This document shows positions 26,391-33,942 of a stretch of DNA of 35,481 nt, in pieces (the first letter of the stretch is position 1; each line of letters opens with the position of its first letter). The position numbers and the translations under genes were made by a program. The stretch lies in IMG/VR virus record IMGVR_UViG_3300005069_000003, positions 1-35,481 of that record. One strand, 5' to 3'. The notes below the pieces were generated by a model, which searched no databases, was not told the origin of the DNA, and saw nothing but the letters and a program-made list of their open reading frames with translations. The DNA comes from a virus.

Positions 26391-26554
26391 TTCTTACCTC
26401 GTATAACATCAAATACACAAAGAACACCATACCACAGACACTTTACAAAGAGAATAACACCATACCATAGACACATTACAAAGAACATAAAACCTATAGC
26501 ACTAAATAACGCAAATATTATACCTAGCGTTGCACTATAAAAAGCATTAAACAT
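26387..26554 (-). CDS. Small hydrophobic protein (55 aa), missing from the ORF track because it is under 60 aa
   Basis: My translation is MFNAFYSATLGIIFALFSAIGFMFFVMCLWYGVILFVKCLWYGVLCVFDVIRGKK. GGGGA SD 6 nt upstream. Its TGA overlaps the next ATG (ATGA). It fills an otherwise empty 167-bp gap. Confidence 0.55.
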   Translation of the reverse strand: MFNAFYSATLGIIFALFSAIGFMFFVMCLWYGVILFVKCLWYGVLCVFDVIRGKK

Positions 26555-26557
26555 ATT

Positions 26558-26884
26558 TCATCCCCGCCCTTGTAAACATTCCGGTATTTCTGGGCGCATG
26601 TGGTAGCGCCAAAAACTATGACCGTCCTCGCCATCGTCCTCATCGGTATCGCGTTCACTCCAAGACCCATCAGTGTACCAAATCAACCCATTTACAGGGT
26701 TATCATCAAAGTGGTTGTAATATAAATCAATAGCACACATGAAAAGGTTATACTTTTCTACACTACAAATAAGAGGTAAATAAGCGTGTATGATTTTATT
26801 TGATTGTTTCACAGATACCTTTGCACAAAGTATAGACCTATCGCCTACGTGACTTATGAATTCATTTTTAGCGTTTATTAACAT
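26558..26884 (-). CDS. Hypothetical protein (108 aa), acidic, W-rich C-terminus
   Basis: AAGGGG SD. The C-terminal FWRYHMRPEIPE faintly recalls DUF551-type ends (low confidence). Confidence 0.5.
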   Translation of the reverse strand: MLINAKNEFISHVGDRSILCAKVSVKQSNKIIHAYLPLICSVEKYNLFMCAIDLYYNHFDDNPVNGLIWYTDGSWSERDTDEDDGEDGHSFWRYHMRPEIPECLQGRG

Positions 26885-26893
26885 ATTGCCCCT

Positions 26894-27103
26894 TTAATAA
26901 TTATTAGAAAGCTTTAACACACGATCAGGTACAAGATCAAGCTCACCATTGTCTTTAATGAAAGCAATTGAGTAAGTGCCATCACCATACGGCTCTAAAG
27001 TCAAACTAGATATTGACACAGGCCATCCTGTTTTACACAAATAGTAGTCAACTTTGTTCATTGCGGCGTAAGCGCTGTCTTCATCTATAAAATAATTACG
27101 CAT
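26894..27103 (-). CDS. Small early protein, paralog family member 4 (69 aa)
   Basis: AACGAGGAG SD. Shares M.N(F/Y)...D(A/S).(Y/V)(A)... and a C-terminal (V/L)PD(S/R)(L/V)(I/L) with 30919-31517. Confidence 0.5.
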   Translation of the reverse strand: MRNYFIDEDSAYAAMNKVDYYLCKTGWPVSISSLTLEPYGDGTYSIAFIKDNGELDLVPDRVLKLSNNY

Positions 27104-27275
27104 CTTTGTTCTCCTCGTTAGCGTTAATTAATTGGGTTGGTTGTGTAATTTCCCACTTTAAAGGTGTAGGAACCTTTGCGTAACCATTTACACCACGACA
27201 TATTATCATTGCGGTTGCATAATCGAACGCCTGCTTTTCTGTTAGTGGCTCTAAAGTATTATTATCATTAGACAT
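27096..27275 (-). CDS. Hypothetical small protein (59 aa)
   Basis: Start moved to ATG 27275, which gives the recurrent 8-nt ATGTCTAA overlap with the upstream stop. Confidence 0.45.
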   Translation of the reverse strand: MSNDNNTLEPLTEKQAFDYATAMIICRGVNGYAKVPTPLKWEITQPTQLINANEENKDA

Positions 27276-27528
27276 TTTCCACACCTGCAATAATATTTGT
27301 TCTAAGTTCGACTAAAACATCTTTTAAATTGTCGAGTTCTTTTTGTCGCATCACAATCTCGTCCGCTAAAGTAGCATACTCAACCATATCTTGAATATGT
27401 TTAGATGCGTATTCTAGAACGTCTTGTAGCTCTGTAACTTCTGTGAAGCTTACACCCGTGGTGTAGGCTGTGATTAGGTAGACTTGACGTTTGATTGAAT
27501 CAATCGCAGTCTCTAGTTTTTCATTCAT
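27268..27528 (-). CDS. Hypothetical small protein (86 aa, helical)
   Basis: AACGAGGA SD. First gene after the promoter at 27574-27601. Confidence 0.55.
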   Translation of the reverse strand: MNEKLETAIDSIKRQVYLITAYTTGVSFTEVTELQDVLEYASKHIQDMVEYATLADEIVMRQKELDNLKDVLVELRTNIIAGVENV

Positions 27529-27573
27529 TTTATTTTCCTCGTTCAGATAAACTTAATTGCTTATCTTGTTTAT

Positions 27574-27601
27574 ATTATAACTACTTATTTTCATTTGTCA
27601 A
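27574..27601 (-). promoter_or_regulatory. Consensus sigma70 promoter TTGACA-N16-TATAAT
   Basis: Plus strand reads attata(27574-27579)-N16-tgtcaa(27596-27601). Confidence 0.65.
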
Positions 27602-28048
27602 GCGCCTATCGATAATATGATACAACCGCCGCCTTTGTTTTTTTAACAAAGACATTTCTTGTTCTGCAGCTATCAATTTCAACACTATACCATCTACATC
27701 TACCATGTTATTTTTGTTTAAAATAGCCCGTAGGTTGGTTATAAATGCACGTAACGAGGTAATTTTTACATTTATCTCATCTTTTTCCTTGATATAATCA
27801 CTTTTTGTACCAACTAATATTATTTTAGGCGTCATCCCTTTGTAATTGCTTTTTTTACCAATTTGTGTTTGCTTTGGTGGTTTCTCCTTTGACTTCTTTG
27901 GTATGTTTTCTTTGGTTATTGATTTGTCACTCCTAGAGACACAACCATCAAACCACCTAATATTTTTATGATGCGGAGGCTCCTCATAAATGGGGTGAAT
28001 ACCTACGCCATTAAGCTCAAGTAGTTGTTCATAAAGATTTTTACACAT
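27581..28048 (-). CDS. Hypothetical basic protein (155 aa)
   Basis: ATG 28048 lies directly after the ThyX stop (TAGTATG). K-rich centre KKSKEKPPKQTQIGKK. Confidence 0.5.
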   Translation of the reverse strand: MCKNLYEQLLELNGVGIHPIYEEPPHHKNIRWFDGCVSRSDKSITKENIPKKSKEKPPKQTQIGKKSNYKGMTPKIILVGTKSDYIKEKDEINVKITSLRAFITNLRAILNKNNMVDVDGIVLKLIAAEQEMSLLKKQRRRLYHIIDRRLTNENK

Positions 28049-28049
28049 A

Positions 28050-28697
28050 CTATTCACCTTGAAAACATGGGTGCACACCCACCAGTATATTAAAACATTG
28101 TTTAGCTATGTCCATGTGCTCTATTTGAGTACCATGTCCCATACGCAATTGGGTGTAGTGGTACCAAGACCGCGTGGAACCAGACATATACAACCTTGAT
28201 GGGGTCAACCCTTCAGGTAGCACGGCGCGCGCAACTTCTTTAGCAATACCCATAGCAAGCGCGTCCCTGTACGCATCTAGCGCGGCAGCTGCAACATCCT
28301 CTTGCGCATATCGCCAAAAATCGTGTATGTCCGAACTTGCATCAAGCTCTAAAGAGTTTTGCCTGTTCTTGAAGTCTTGCAACCTAGCCGGGCGAGTGAT
28401 GAACTCATCACCTACATCCGCGTATCTTTGGCTAAACTCTTGGAACGTAAAGCTACGATGGCGCAGTATCTGACGTGCAATGTCGCGCGTTGTATTGATC
28501 TCCATAGTGATGTGCGACATCTCAAACGGTGACCAATGCTGGTTTGCTATTAAGTATTTAAGCAGCTTTGGGGCTGTCTCATTACTCATTTGGTTACCGG
28601 GGTTTGATACACGTGCACAATAGGCTATGTACTCATCACCCGTTAGCTGTATATCGTCGATGATAGCTACAGTTTTTGATATTAATTTAACGTTCAT
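28050..28697 (-). CDS. thyX: FAD-dependent thymidylate synthase ThyX
   Basis: 215 aa. ThyX signature RHR-X7-S present as RHRSFTFQEFSQRY. GAGGAA SD before ATG 28697. Confidence 0.8.
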   Translation of the reverse strand: MNVKLISKTVAIIDDIQLTGDEYIAYCARVSNPGNQMSNETAPKLLKYLIANQHWSPFEMSHITMEINTTRDIARQILRHRSFTFQEFSQRYADVGDEFITRPARLQDFKNRQNSLELDASSDIHDFWRYAQEDVAAAALDAYRDALAMGIAKEVARAVLPEGLTPSRLYMSGSTRSWYHYTQLRMGHGTQIEHMDIAKQCFNILVGVHPCFQGE

Positions 28698-28735
28698 TTT
28701 ATTTTTCCTCATTTTTTTCGTGTTAAATAATTAAA

Positions 28736-29533
28736 TCAATCATAAGTCACAGAGTCTATATAAAACCCGGCATAATTGATAATATCCAGCGCAGTATCGC
28801 GTAACCCCTCAAAGTTTACAGTTTCTCCAGCCAGTTCTTTACGAACAAGTGCGTTGAACCGTGTGGCTTTGACATGCAGCATTTGCGCGTAGCTGATCGC
28901 CCCAAATGGGAAGTATTCGCTATTATCAATGCCGCCGCCGTTATAGTCTTCACTCTTACGCATACACAGCAGCGCAGCTTCAGCCAATGCCGCCGGGTGT
29001 CCACCACGTGATTTTAGTTCGTTTAGTAAGTCTTCTGTTGTGAGTTCGCTTAATGGTGGTTGTATATCTGAACTCCGCCCCATAGCTTCGTGTAGGTCGT
29101 GAGTAGCTTGCTCATGTTCTTCATCTGTGATAGCTGTGTTAGACCGTATTTGAGTATCACCGCATAAAAGACAACCACCTGATACTTTCGCATTACCATA
29201 TACAAAAGCGGCATCAAAAACCCTAACATCATCAAAAACTTCCGCGTGACCAAAAACTTGAGCTTCACCACCCACACGTGCTTTATCATAGACCTTGGCA
29301 AAATCTTCAACTATAGCGTTCTTGAAAACTAGTGCACCATCAAAAACTTGGGCTTCATCACCCACCCAGCAGTTATCAAAATGAGATAAATTATCCTCAT
29401 CCTCAATATAACCCCCTTTATCACCAGCTTTGACTGTATCACCTATATCGCGCAACGCTATAATCCGATATAGTTTGTGACCTTGGACGACTATTGTGTC
29501 TTCAGTATCCAATTTGTATTTTGTGTTTTCCAT
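28736..29533 (-). CDS. Two-domain protein: N-terminal beta-helix-type repeats plus C-terminal DUF1599/MazG-like all-alpha domain
   Basis: 265 aa. Repeats GDEAQVFDGALVF / GGEAQVFGHAEVFDDVRVFDAAFVYGNAKV. C-terminus KSEDYNGG...HVKATRFNALV...LRDTALDIINYAGFYI fits the K..DYG / K..R / D..NYa pattern. Confidence 0.5.
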   Translation of the reverse strand: MENTKYKLDTEDTIVVQGHKLYRIIALRDIGDTVKAGDKGGYIEDEDNLSHFDNCWVGDEAQVFDGALVFKNAIVEDFAKVYDKARVGGEAQVFGHAEVFDDVRVFDAAFVYGNAKVSGGCLLCGDTQIRSNTAITDEEHEQATHDLHEAMGRSSDIQPPLSELTTEDLLNELKSRGGHPAALAEAALLCMRKSEDYNGGGIDNSEYFPFGAISYAQMLHVKATRFNALVRKELAGETVNFEGLRDTALDIINYAGFYIDSVTYD

Positions 29534-29578
29534 TTTTCTTTCTCCTTTAAATGGTGTTACTCTTGTAATTCGTTATAC

Positions 29579-30103
29579 TCAAAGCACCCAATAATTGTCG
29601 TCATTTATCATACCGAACTTTATAGCATCTTGCACATTTTGCATGTCGAGGATAGTTTTATCAAAAAGTAAAGCTTCCACACCATATTTTGGGTACGATA
29701 CCATTTTATCAAATAAAACGACATCCTTATTTTTGTCAAGTTTAGCCTCATATAAAACAACTTCTTTGCTTTTAAGGTACTCATCGCTACCATATCCATG
29801 CTCATCACGCACTTTATCAAGGTGGCTTAAATCTGAACGTCCAAACATGATTAAAGTATTGAATTCTTTAATCATCGTATCACTATTGGTCATTAAGATA
29901 AATCTTATACCTTTGCGGACACTTCCACATATGGCGCGGGCAATATCTCTTTGTTGTGCTTGAGTTCTGTGCGTCTCAGGTGCATGGACAACTACGTAAC
30001 CTTTATTATAAAATTGAAGGTCACTAGCTAAATTAAAACCATAAATATCACCAATAATAATATTTAGTTTTTTTGTGGCACTAAGCATTTTATCTTTAAA
30101 CAT
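29579..30103 (-). CDS. Degenerate C-terminal half of an AAA_15/AAA_21-type ABC ATPase (no P-loop)
   Basis: 174 aa. LSATKK (signature-like), VVVHAPETHRTQAQQRDIARAI (compare hhhhDEPE..LH...Q) and ILMTNSDTMIKE (compare TTHSP). Walker B acidic pair replaced by H-A, and H-loop His replaced by Asn. Confidence 0.4.
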   Translation of the reverse strand: MFKDKMLSATKKLNIIIGDIYGFNLASDLQFYNKGYVVVHAPETHRTQAQQRDIARAICGSVRKGIRFILMTNSDTMIKEFNTLIMFGRSDLSHLDKVRDEHGYGSDEYLKSKEVVLYEAKLDKNKDVVLFDKMVSYPKYGVEALLFDKTILDMQNVQDAIKFGMINDDNYWVL

Positions 30104-30141
30104 TTTTTTCTCCTTGTTTTTTTGATTGTTTTTAATTTGTT

Positions 30142-30169
30142 ATTACAACATCATGCGCCTCATTTTCAA
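30142..30169 (-). promoter_or_regulatory. Candidate promoter TTGAAA-N16-TGTAAT
   Basis: Plus strand reads attaca(30142-30147)-N16-tttcaa(30164-30169). Precedes the gene starting at 30103. Confidence 0.3.
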
Positions 30170-30177
30170 AATAAAAT

Positions 30178-30612
30178 CTATTCATTTGCAAACCCGATCG
30201 TGCGAAAAATTGTTCTGTAGGTTTCTTTCCTCAAGTCAGCTAAGGCGCCTGCCGGGAAGTGCGAATTTAAAACATCATTAAACTCATCTTGAGTAATGTG
30301 ATAATCATTTGGCGCATCCACTTCAGTTAAAATACTATTCACCTCCGCGATAATTCTATCTATATCAGCCGTTGAAAGATTCTCAAGGTTGTGATCGGGT
30401 AAATTGCAAAACTCTGATTCGTGATATAAAAACCAAAGCCTATGCTTGTTAAGAGCCTTTTTAATGTTCTTTAAAATAATATTTCGTGTGTATTCAAAAT
30501 CCTCAAAAGCTGTTGTTTTAGCGCAAGCCGAATGATTAAAAGTTGTTTCATTTAGCGTAAAAAATTGAATATTGCTTATTTCTTCAAATAAGACTTTTAA
30601 TGTTTCATTCAT
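30178..30612 (-). CDS. Hypothetical protein (144 aa)
   Basis: GGAG SD 8 nt before ATG 30612. The track start at 30678 would overlap the J-domain gene. Confidence 0.5.
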   Translation of the reverse strand: MNETLKVLFEEISNIQFFTLNETTFNHSACAKTTAFEDFEYTRNIILKNIKKALNKHRLWFLYHESEFCNLPDHNLENLSTADIDRIIAEVNSILTEVDAPNDYHITQDEFNDVLNSHFPAGALADLRKETYRTIFRTIGFANE

Positions 30613-30653
30613 TTTTAGTTCTCCAATACTTCTGTTCAACCAACCAACCTTAA

Positions 30654-30914
30654 TCACCGACCAGAACACGCGGGGCATGTTACATAGGTAAATGTGAAAC
30701 CCTCCGCCGGCACTTGTTTAGTACCTAGGCAAGCAGTGCAGTCTTGCTTACCTAACACAGCGAGTGCTGTGCGGTAAGCGCGGCTGTAATTTGCGAACTC
30801 AATAGCGTCACCACCTTTGTCGGGGTGGTGCTCAGCTGCTAATCTGTGCCATTGTGCCTTAACATCTTCTAACGTCGCGGATTCTGGTAAATGTAGTTTT
30901 CTAAAACAACTCAT
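30654..30914 (-). CDS. J-domain protein with C-terminal CxxC...CxxC zinc-finger-like motif
   Basis: 86 aa. HHPDKGGD (HPD motif) flanked by helices. CTACLGTKQ...CPACSG. GAGGAG SD 7 nt before ATG 30914. Confidence 0.7.
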   Translation of the reverse strand: MSCFRKLHLPESATLEDVKAQWHRLAAEHHPDKGGDAIEFANYSRAYRTALAVLGKQDCTACLGTKQVPAEGFTFTYVTCPACSGR

Positions 30915-30918
30915 GGGT

Positions 30919-31104
30919 TTACTCCTCAATGATTTCCGCAACAAAGCGGCTTGGTAAAGGTTTGTAGGTGCCGTCAATATATTGACCTATAAAATAATAT
31001 TTATCTTCAAACTGGCGTAAAACTGCTAATTCTTTACCATGTACGAAGGGCTTAAGCTTTTCTAACGCTACATAAGCGTCGGACTGTGTGTAGAATCTAT
31101 TCAT
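30919..31104 (-). CDS. Small early protein, paralog family member 3 (61 aa)
   Basis: 8-nt ATGAATAG overlap. Family pattern MNRFYTQSDAYVALEKL...YYFI...LPSRFV. Confidence 0.5.
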   Translation of the reverse strand: MNRFYTQSDAYVALEKLKPFVHGKELAVLRQFEDKYYFIGQYIDGTYKPLPSRFVAEIIEE

Positions 31105-31312
31105 TAGGTACCTCTCTTATTTTTCTGTAAGCCCGGTATATTAAACTGTCGGGAACATGAACAATGTCATTATTTTTATGCTCAAAAATAATATGCGTTG
31201 TCTCATCTTTAAAGTTACTAGTTGTGAATATTGAAAACTCTCTATCATCATAAACTTCTATAAGTTTTAAAAGTGCACTAACAGCGTCACACATCGATGT
31301 AAAATTATGCAT
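31097..31312 (-). CDS. Small early protein, paralog family member 2 (71 aa)
   Basis: 8-nt ATGCATAA overlap. MHNFTSMCDAVSALLKL...VHVPDSLIYRAY. Confidence 0.55.
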   Translation of the reverse strand: MHNFTSMCDAVSALLKLIEVYDDREFSIFTTSNFKDETTHIIFEHKNNDIVHVPDSLIYRAYRKIREVPNE

Positions 31313-31517
31313 TAGATACTCCTACGTATTCATTTATTAAACTATCAGGAACTTTAATGAAACGACTACCTAAACCGTTACGGATATCTGCAACAACAAT
31401 ATAGTAATGATCATCTTGATATGATTGGCGTACTACAAATTTACGATCTTTGAAGGTTTTGGTTAATTTACAATAAGCTTCAAATACATCCTGTATTGTG
31501 TTAAATTTGTTACTCAT
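31305..31517 (-). CDS. Small early protein, paralog family member 1 (70 aa)
   Basis: Start at ATG 31517 (MSNKFNTIQDVFEAYCKL...IKVPDSLINEY). The track start at 31586 would overlap the upstream gene. Confidence 0.55.
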   Translation of the reverse strand: MSNKFNTIQDVFEAYCKLTKTFKDRKFVVRQSYQDDHYYIVVADIRNGLGSRFIKVPDSLINEYVGVSNA

Positions 31518-31518
31518 A

Positions 31519-31692
31519 TCAATACCCCGCAGCGCTAAATGGCGCGTGTTCGAATGTGATATCATTTGAACCAAGACCGTATTCACGTATAAGCCACTCT
31601 ACCTTGAACTCTGCTTCATGATAACTAGTGTAATACCACACATGTGGCTCATCATTAATAGTGGCTGTCACTCTAAATTTACTATTTTCCAT
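31519..31692 (-). CDS. Hypothetical small protein (57 aa)
   Basis: AAACGAGGAG sits 6 nt before ATG 31692. The track start at 31755 lies inside the promoter. Confidence 0.5.
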   Translation of the reverse strand: MENSKFRVTATINDEPHVWYYTSYHEAEFKVEWLIREYGLGSNDITFEHAPFSAAGY

Positions 31693-31743
31693 ATTTTTCT
31701 CCTCGTTTATGGAACCTGTCGGGATTACCGACAGGTTAGGTAT

Positions 31744-31772
31744 ATTGTAAATCATTAATTTCTATTTGTCAA
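31744..31772 (-). promoter_or_regulatory. Sigma70 promoter TTGACA-N17-TACAAT
   Basis: Plus strand reads attgta(31744-31749)-N17-tgtcaa(31767-31772). Lies just downstream of the primase-helicase stop. Confidence 0.55.
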
Positions 31773-31799
31773 TAGCCCAATCATAAATTTACCGTTTTT

Positions 31800-33866
31800 T
31801 TAAAACTTTGACTTTTTTGGTTGATTTTGATCCGCCCAACCATCCAAATGCTCACCGACTTCCTTTACGTCAGCATCCGCCCAACGCTCACGATTGCGCA
31901 CCGCAAAAAATCGACCATATAAGCTACCATTTTTTAAGCGATACGGGCGCCCATTAAGCACTTGTTGAACACCAGCGCGACTTAATTCACGGCCTAAGCC
32001 TTGAGGGGTAGTGCCAGTCTTGCCTGTGGGGTCGTAAATCGTTATCAGTTCCTTTGCGCAAAACAAATCTTTTGTTATCTTCTTGTCACCCAAATACAAC
32101 ACATCATCAGGGCATGCTAACAAACTACGAACCCACGAAGCAAGTTCACTTCTGACGGTGTCAATCATGCGCTCTTTTGCTGCTGTCTTGAACGCGGGGG
32201 CGGATGGGTTAAAGTCGCGTAAATCAAGGTTCAAAAGATAGTGGAATATGGCTGCCGCACCATTTTCGTTGTGTATCCAATTATCATAAATTTTATAAAA
32301 TTCCTCGGGCAAAGGGTTTACGATAATTTCATGGATGAAAAATCGGCGGTCGTCGTCTTCTAGAAAGAATGAATCAGGGTGGTTTGCCGTAAAAAAATAG
32401 TTTATACAGTCAGGAACAACGTACGTCGGTACATATTTACCGTTGACGCGCAATTCTTTTTGTGTAATCAATTTTTTCAAAAAATCGGCGTCGGCGCGCT
32501 TGTTTGAGCCTGTGACATCATCCCCTAGCACAAACTGCTTACCTTCTGCCCACTCATTAAATGAACTATGTAAGTCCATTTGACTGATTTCAGTGAAGTT
32601 CTTACCATAGATTTTACCTAGTGTATACCCTATAAGCGACTTACCTGTCCCATGTTTGACGCCATGCAAAACGGCGCTGCTAAACATCTTAGCGCCAGGG
32701 TTCTGAAGTGGGTAAGCACACCAGCGTAAAAACCATAGTCGAGCTTCAGGCTCCGCACCAGAAAAAAGGTGGTCCACCAACTTAAGGAAAAGACCAACGT
32801 CGCCATCACGGGGTGATACCCCCCAACCAGGCCAAATATTAAAGTGTGGTAAATCATCCACAGTCGTGAAGTGATCAAGCCCTGGGCGGTAAGTTATTTT
32901 AGTAACTTCAGATCGCAAAGGCCATTTAAGCCATTCAGCGGCAGCTGATACTGTTTTATAGCTTACGGTACCGTCTTGCTTTAATTGCCGGGAACTGTAG
33001 TTGGTTGTACTTTGTAGGTGTTCCTTAAATGCCCCTGGGCTTGTTTTGAATTTACTTAATTGATCCACAATTAAACCAGGATTTTGTACATAAACATACT
33101 TCTTATTAAGTTCGAACAAAGGGGCAGTTATCCCCAAAGGCTCTGCCTCTACGAGCAATTGACGAAACTGCTCTGCGGCGTTGGCGCCAGCGTGCACAAG
33201 AAAGTCATCTAGGCCTACTTTCTCAAGACCTGGGAGCTGTGGCAATGATACAACATGGCAGAATGCGCCACGGCGGTGCAACTCTTCAGCCAAAGCGATG
33301 AGCGCCAAACATACCTGTTGGTTGGTTCTGTAGTCGCTGTCAAAACAGATATACACGTTGCGCCTTTGCCACACTACCAACTCTAAACTTGGTAAAAACG
33401 GAACTCCGAGCTTTTGAGCGCGCCAGTTGTGCACTCCACCAAGCCCGATTGTTGGAAACCCCTCTTTACAAGCTTTAGCAGCCTTGAGCTCACCCTCTGT
33501 AATTATCAAAGGGGCGTCGACGTCATCAATGAGCGCCTTCCATTTAAAATTCTGTGGGTAATACGCCACAGGTGCTGTGTTGGGGGGTTGTGTGTATCTT
33601 TGTTGTTTTTTAGCACTTCCATCGTTTTCAAGATAGCGTAACCTAAAAAATGGGGGAGAGTTTGCCCAATCACCTAGTGGCTTACCCGTTTTAGGTGAAT
33701 AATAATTGATTTTTAACGATGAAAGACGCTTAAAAGCGTGGTGTTGTGCTCGTGTAGCTGCGCCGTCCAAAAAATCTATATACAGAAGTTGCGCGTCGCT
33801 CACATCTAAGCCACTTGATGTAAGTTTATCCCTACATAAAATTAATGTTTTTTCACTTGTAGTCAT
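31800..33866 (-). CDS. Bifunctional DNA primase (TOPRIM) / SF3-type helicase
   Basis: 688 aa. TOPRIM LIITEGELKAAKA...GLGGVHNW...VYICFDSDY. P-loop HGVKHGTGKSLIG and Walker B FVLGDDV. Confidence 0.8.
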   Translation of the reverse strand: MTTSEKTLILCRDKLTSSGLDVSDAQLLYIDFLDGAATRAQHHAFKRLSSLKINYYSPKTGKPLGDWANSPPFFRLRYLENDGSAKKQQRYTQPPNTAPVAYYPQNFKWKALIDDVDAPLIITEGELKAAKACKEGFPTIGLGGVHNWRAQKLGVPFLPSLELVVWQRRNVYICFDSDYRTNQQVCLALIALAEELHRRGAFCHVVSLPQLPGLEKVGLDDFLVHAGANAAEQFRQLLVEAEPLGITAPLFELNKKYVYVQNPGLIVDQLSKFKTSPGAFKEHLQSTTNYSSRQLKQDGTVSYKTVSAAAEWLKWPLRSEVTKITYRPGLDHFTTVDDLPHFNIWPGWGVSPRDGDVGLFLKLVDHLFSGAEPEARLWFLRWCAYPLQNPGAKMFSSAVLHGVKHGTGKSLIGYTLGKIYGKNFTEISQMDLHSSFNEWAEGKQFVLGDDVTGSNKRADADFLKKLITQKELRVNGKYVPTYVVPDCINYFFTANHPDSFFLEDDDRRFFIHEIIVNPLPEEFYKIYDNWIHNENGAAAIFHYLLNLDLRDFNPSAPAFKTAAKERMIDTVRSELASWVRSLLACPDDVLYLGDKKITKDLFCAKELITIYDPTGKTGTTPQGLGRELSRAGVQQVLNGRPYRLKNGSLYGRFFAVRNRERWADADVKEVGEHLDGWADQNQPKKSKF

Positions 33867-33910
33867 TTTTTACCTCGTTTTTTCTCGTTATTCTATACGA
33901 ATTTAACAGC

Positions 33911-33939
33911 TTGCGCTTATGTTGCGTTTGTGCTATAAT
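33911..33939 (+). promoter_or_regulatory. Plus-strand promoter inside the early arm: TTGCGC-N17-TGcTATAAT
   Basis: TTGCGC at 33911-33916, 17-bp spacer, TATAAT at 33934-33939 preceded by TGC. Its 11-mer GTGCTATAATT (33930-33940) is identical to that of the late promoter (348-358). Confidence 0.5.
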
Positions 33940-33942
33940 TAA

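Noticed and set aside
26400-26480. Short tandem repeats in an apparent non-coding gap, possibly a mini CRISPR or iteron array
   Set aside because: There are only two imperfect units, and they are in frame inside a 55-aa ORF that has an RBS and an ATGA overlap. It is better explained as an intragenic duplication.
29620-29820. 66-aa minus-strand ORF in another frame within 29579-30103. ORFs 28816-29007, 29050-29310, 23604-23786 and 32630-32878 are the same case
   Set aside because: They are internal out-of-frame ORFs within longer, motif-bearing genes on the same strand, and I see no independent initiation signals.
31535-31560. GTTCGAAT (T-loop-like) string suggesting a tRNA
   Set aside because: The flanking bases are not complementary, so there is no T-stem, and it lies inside a well-supported small CDS.
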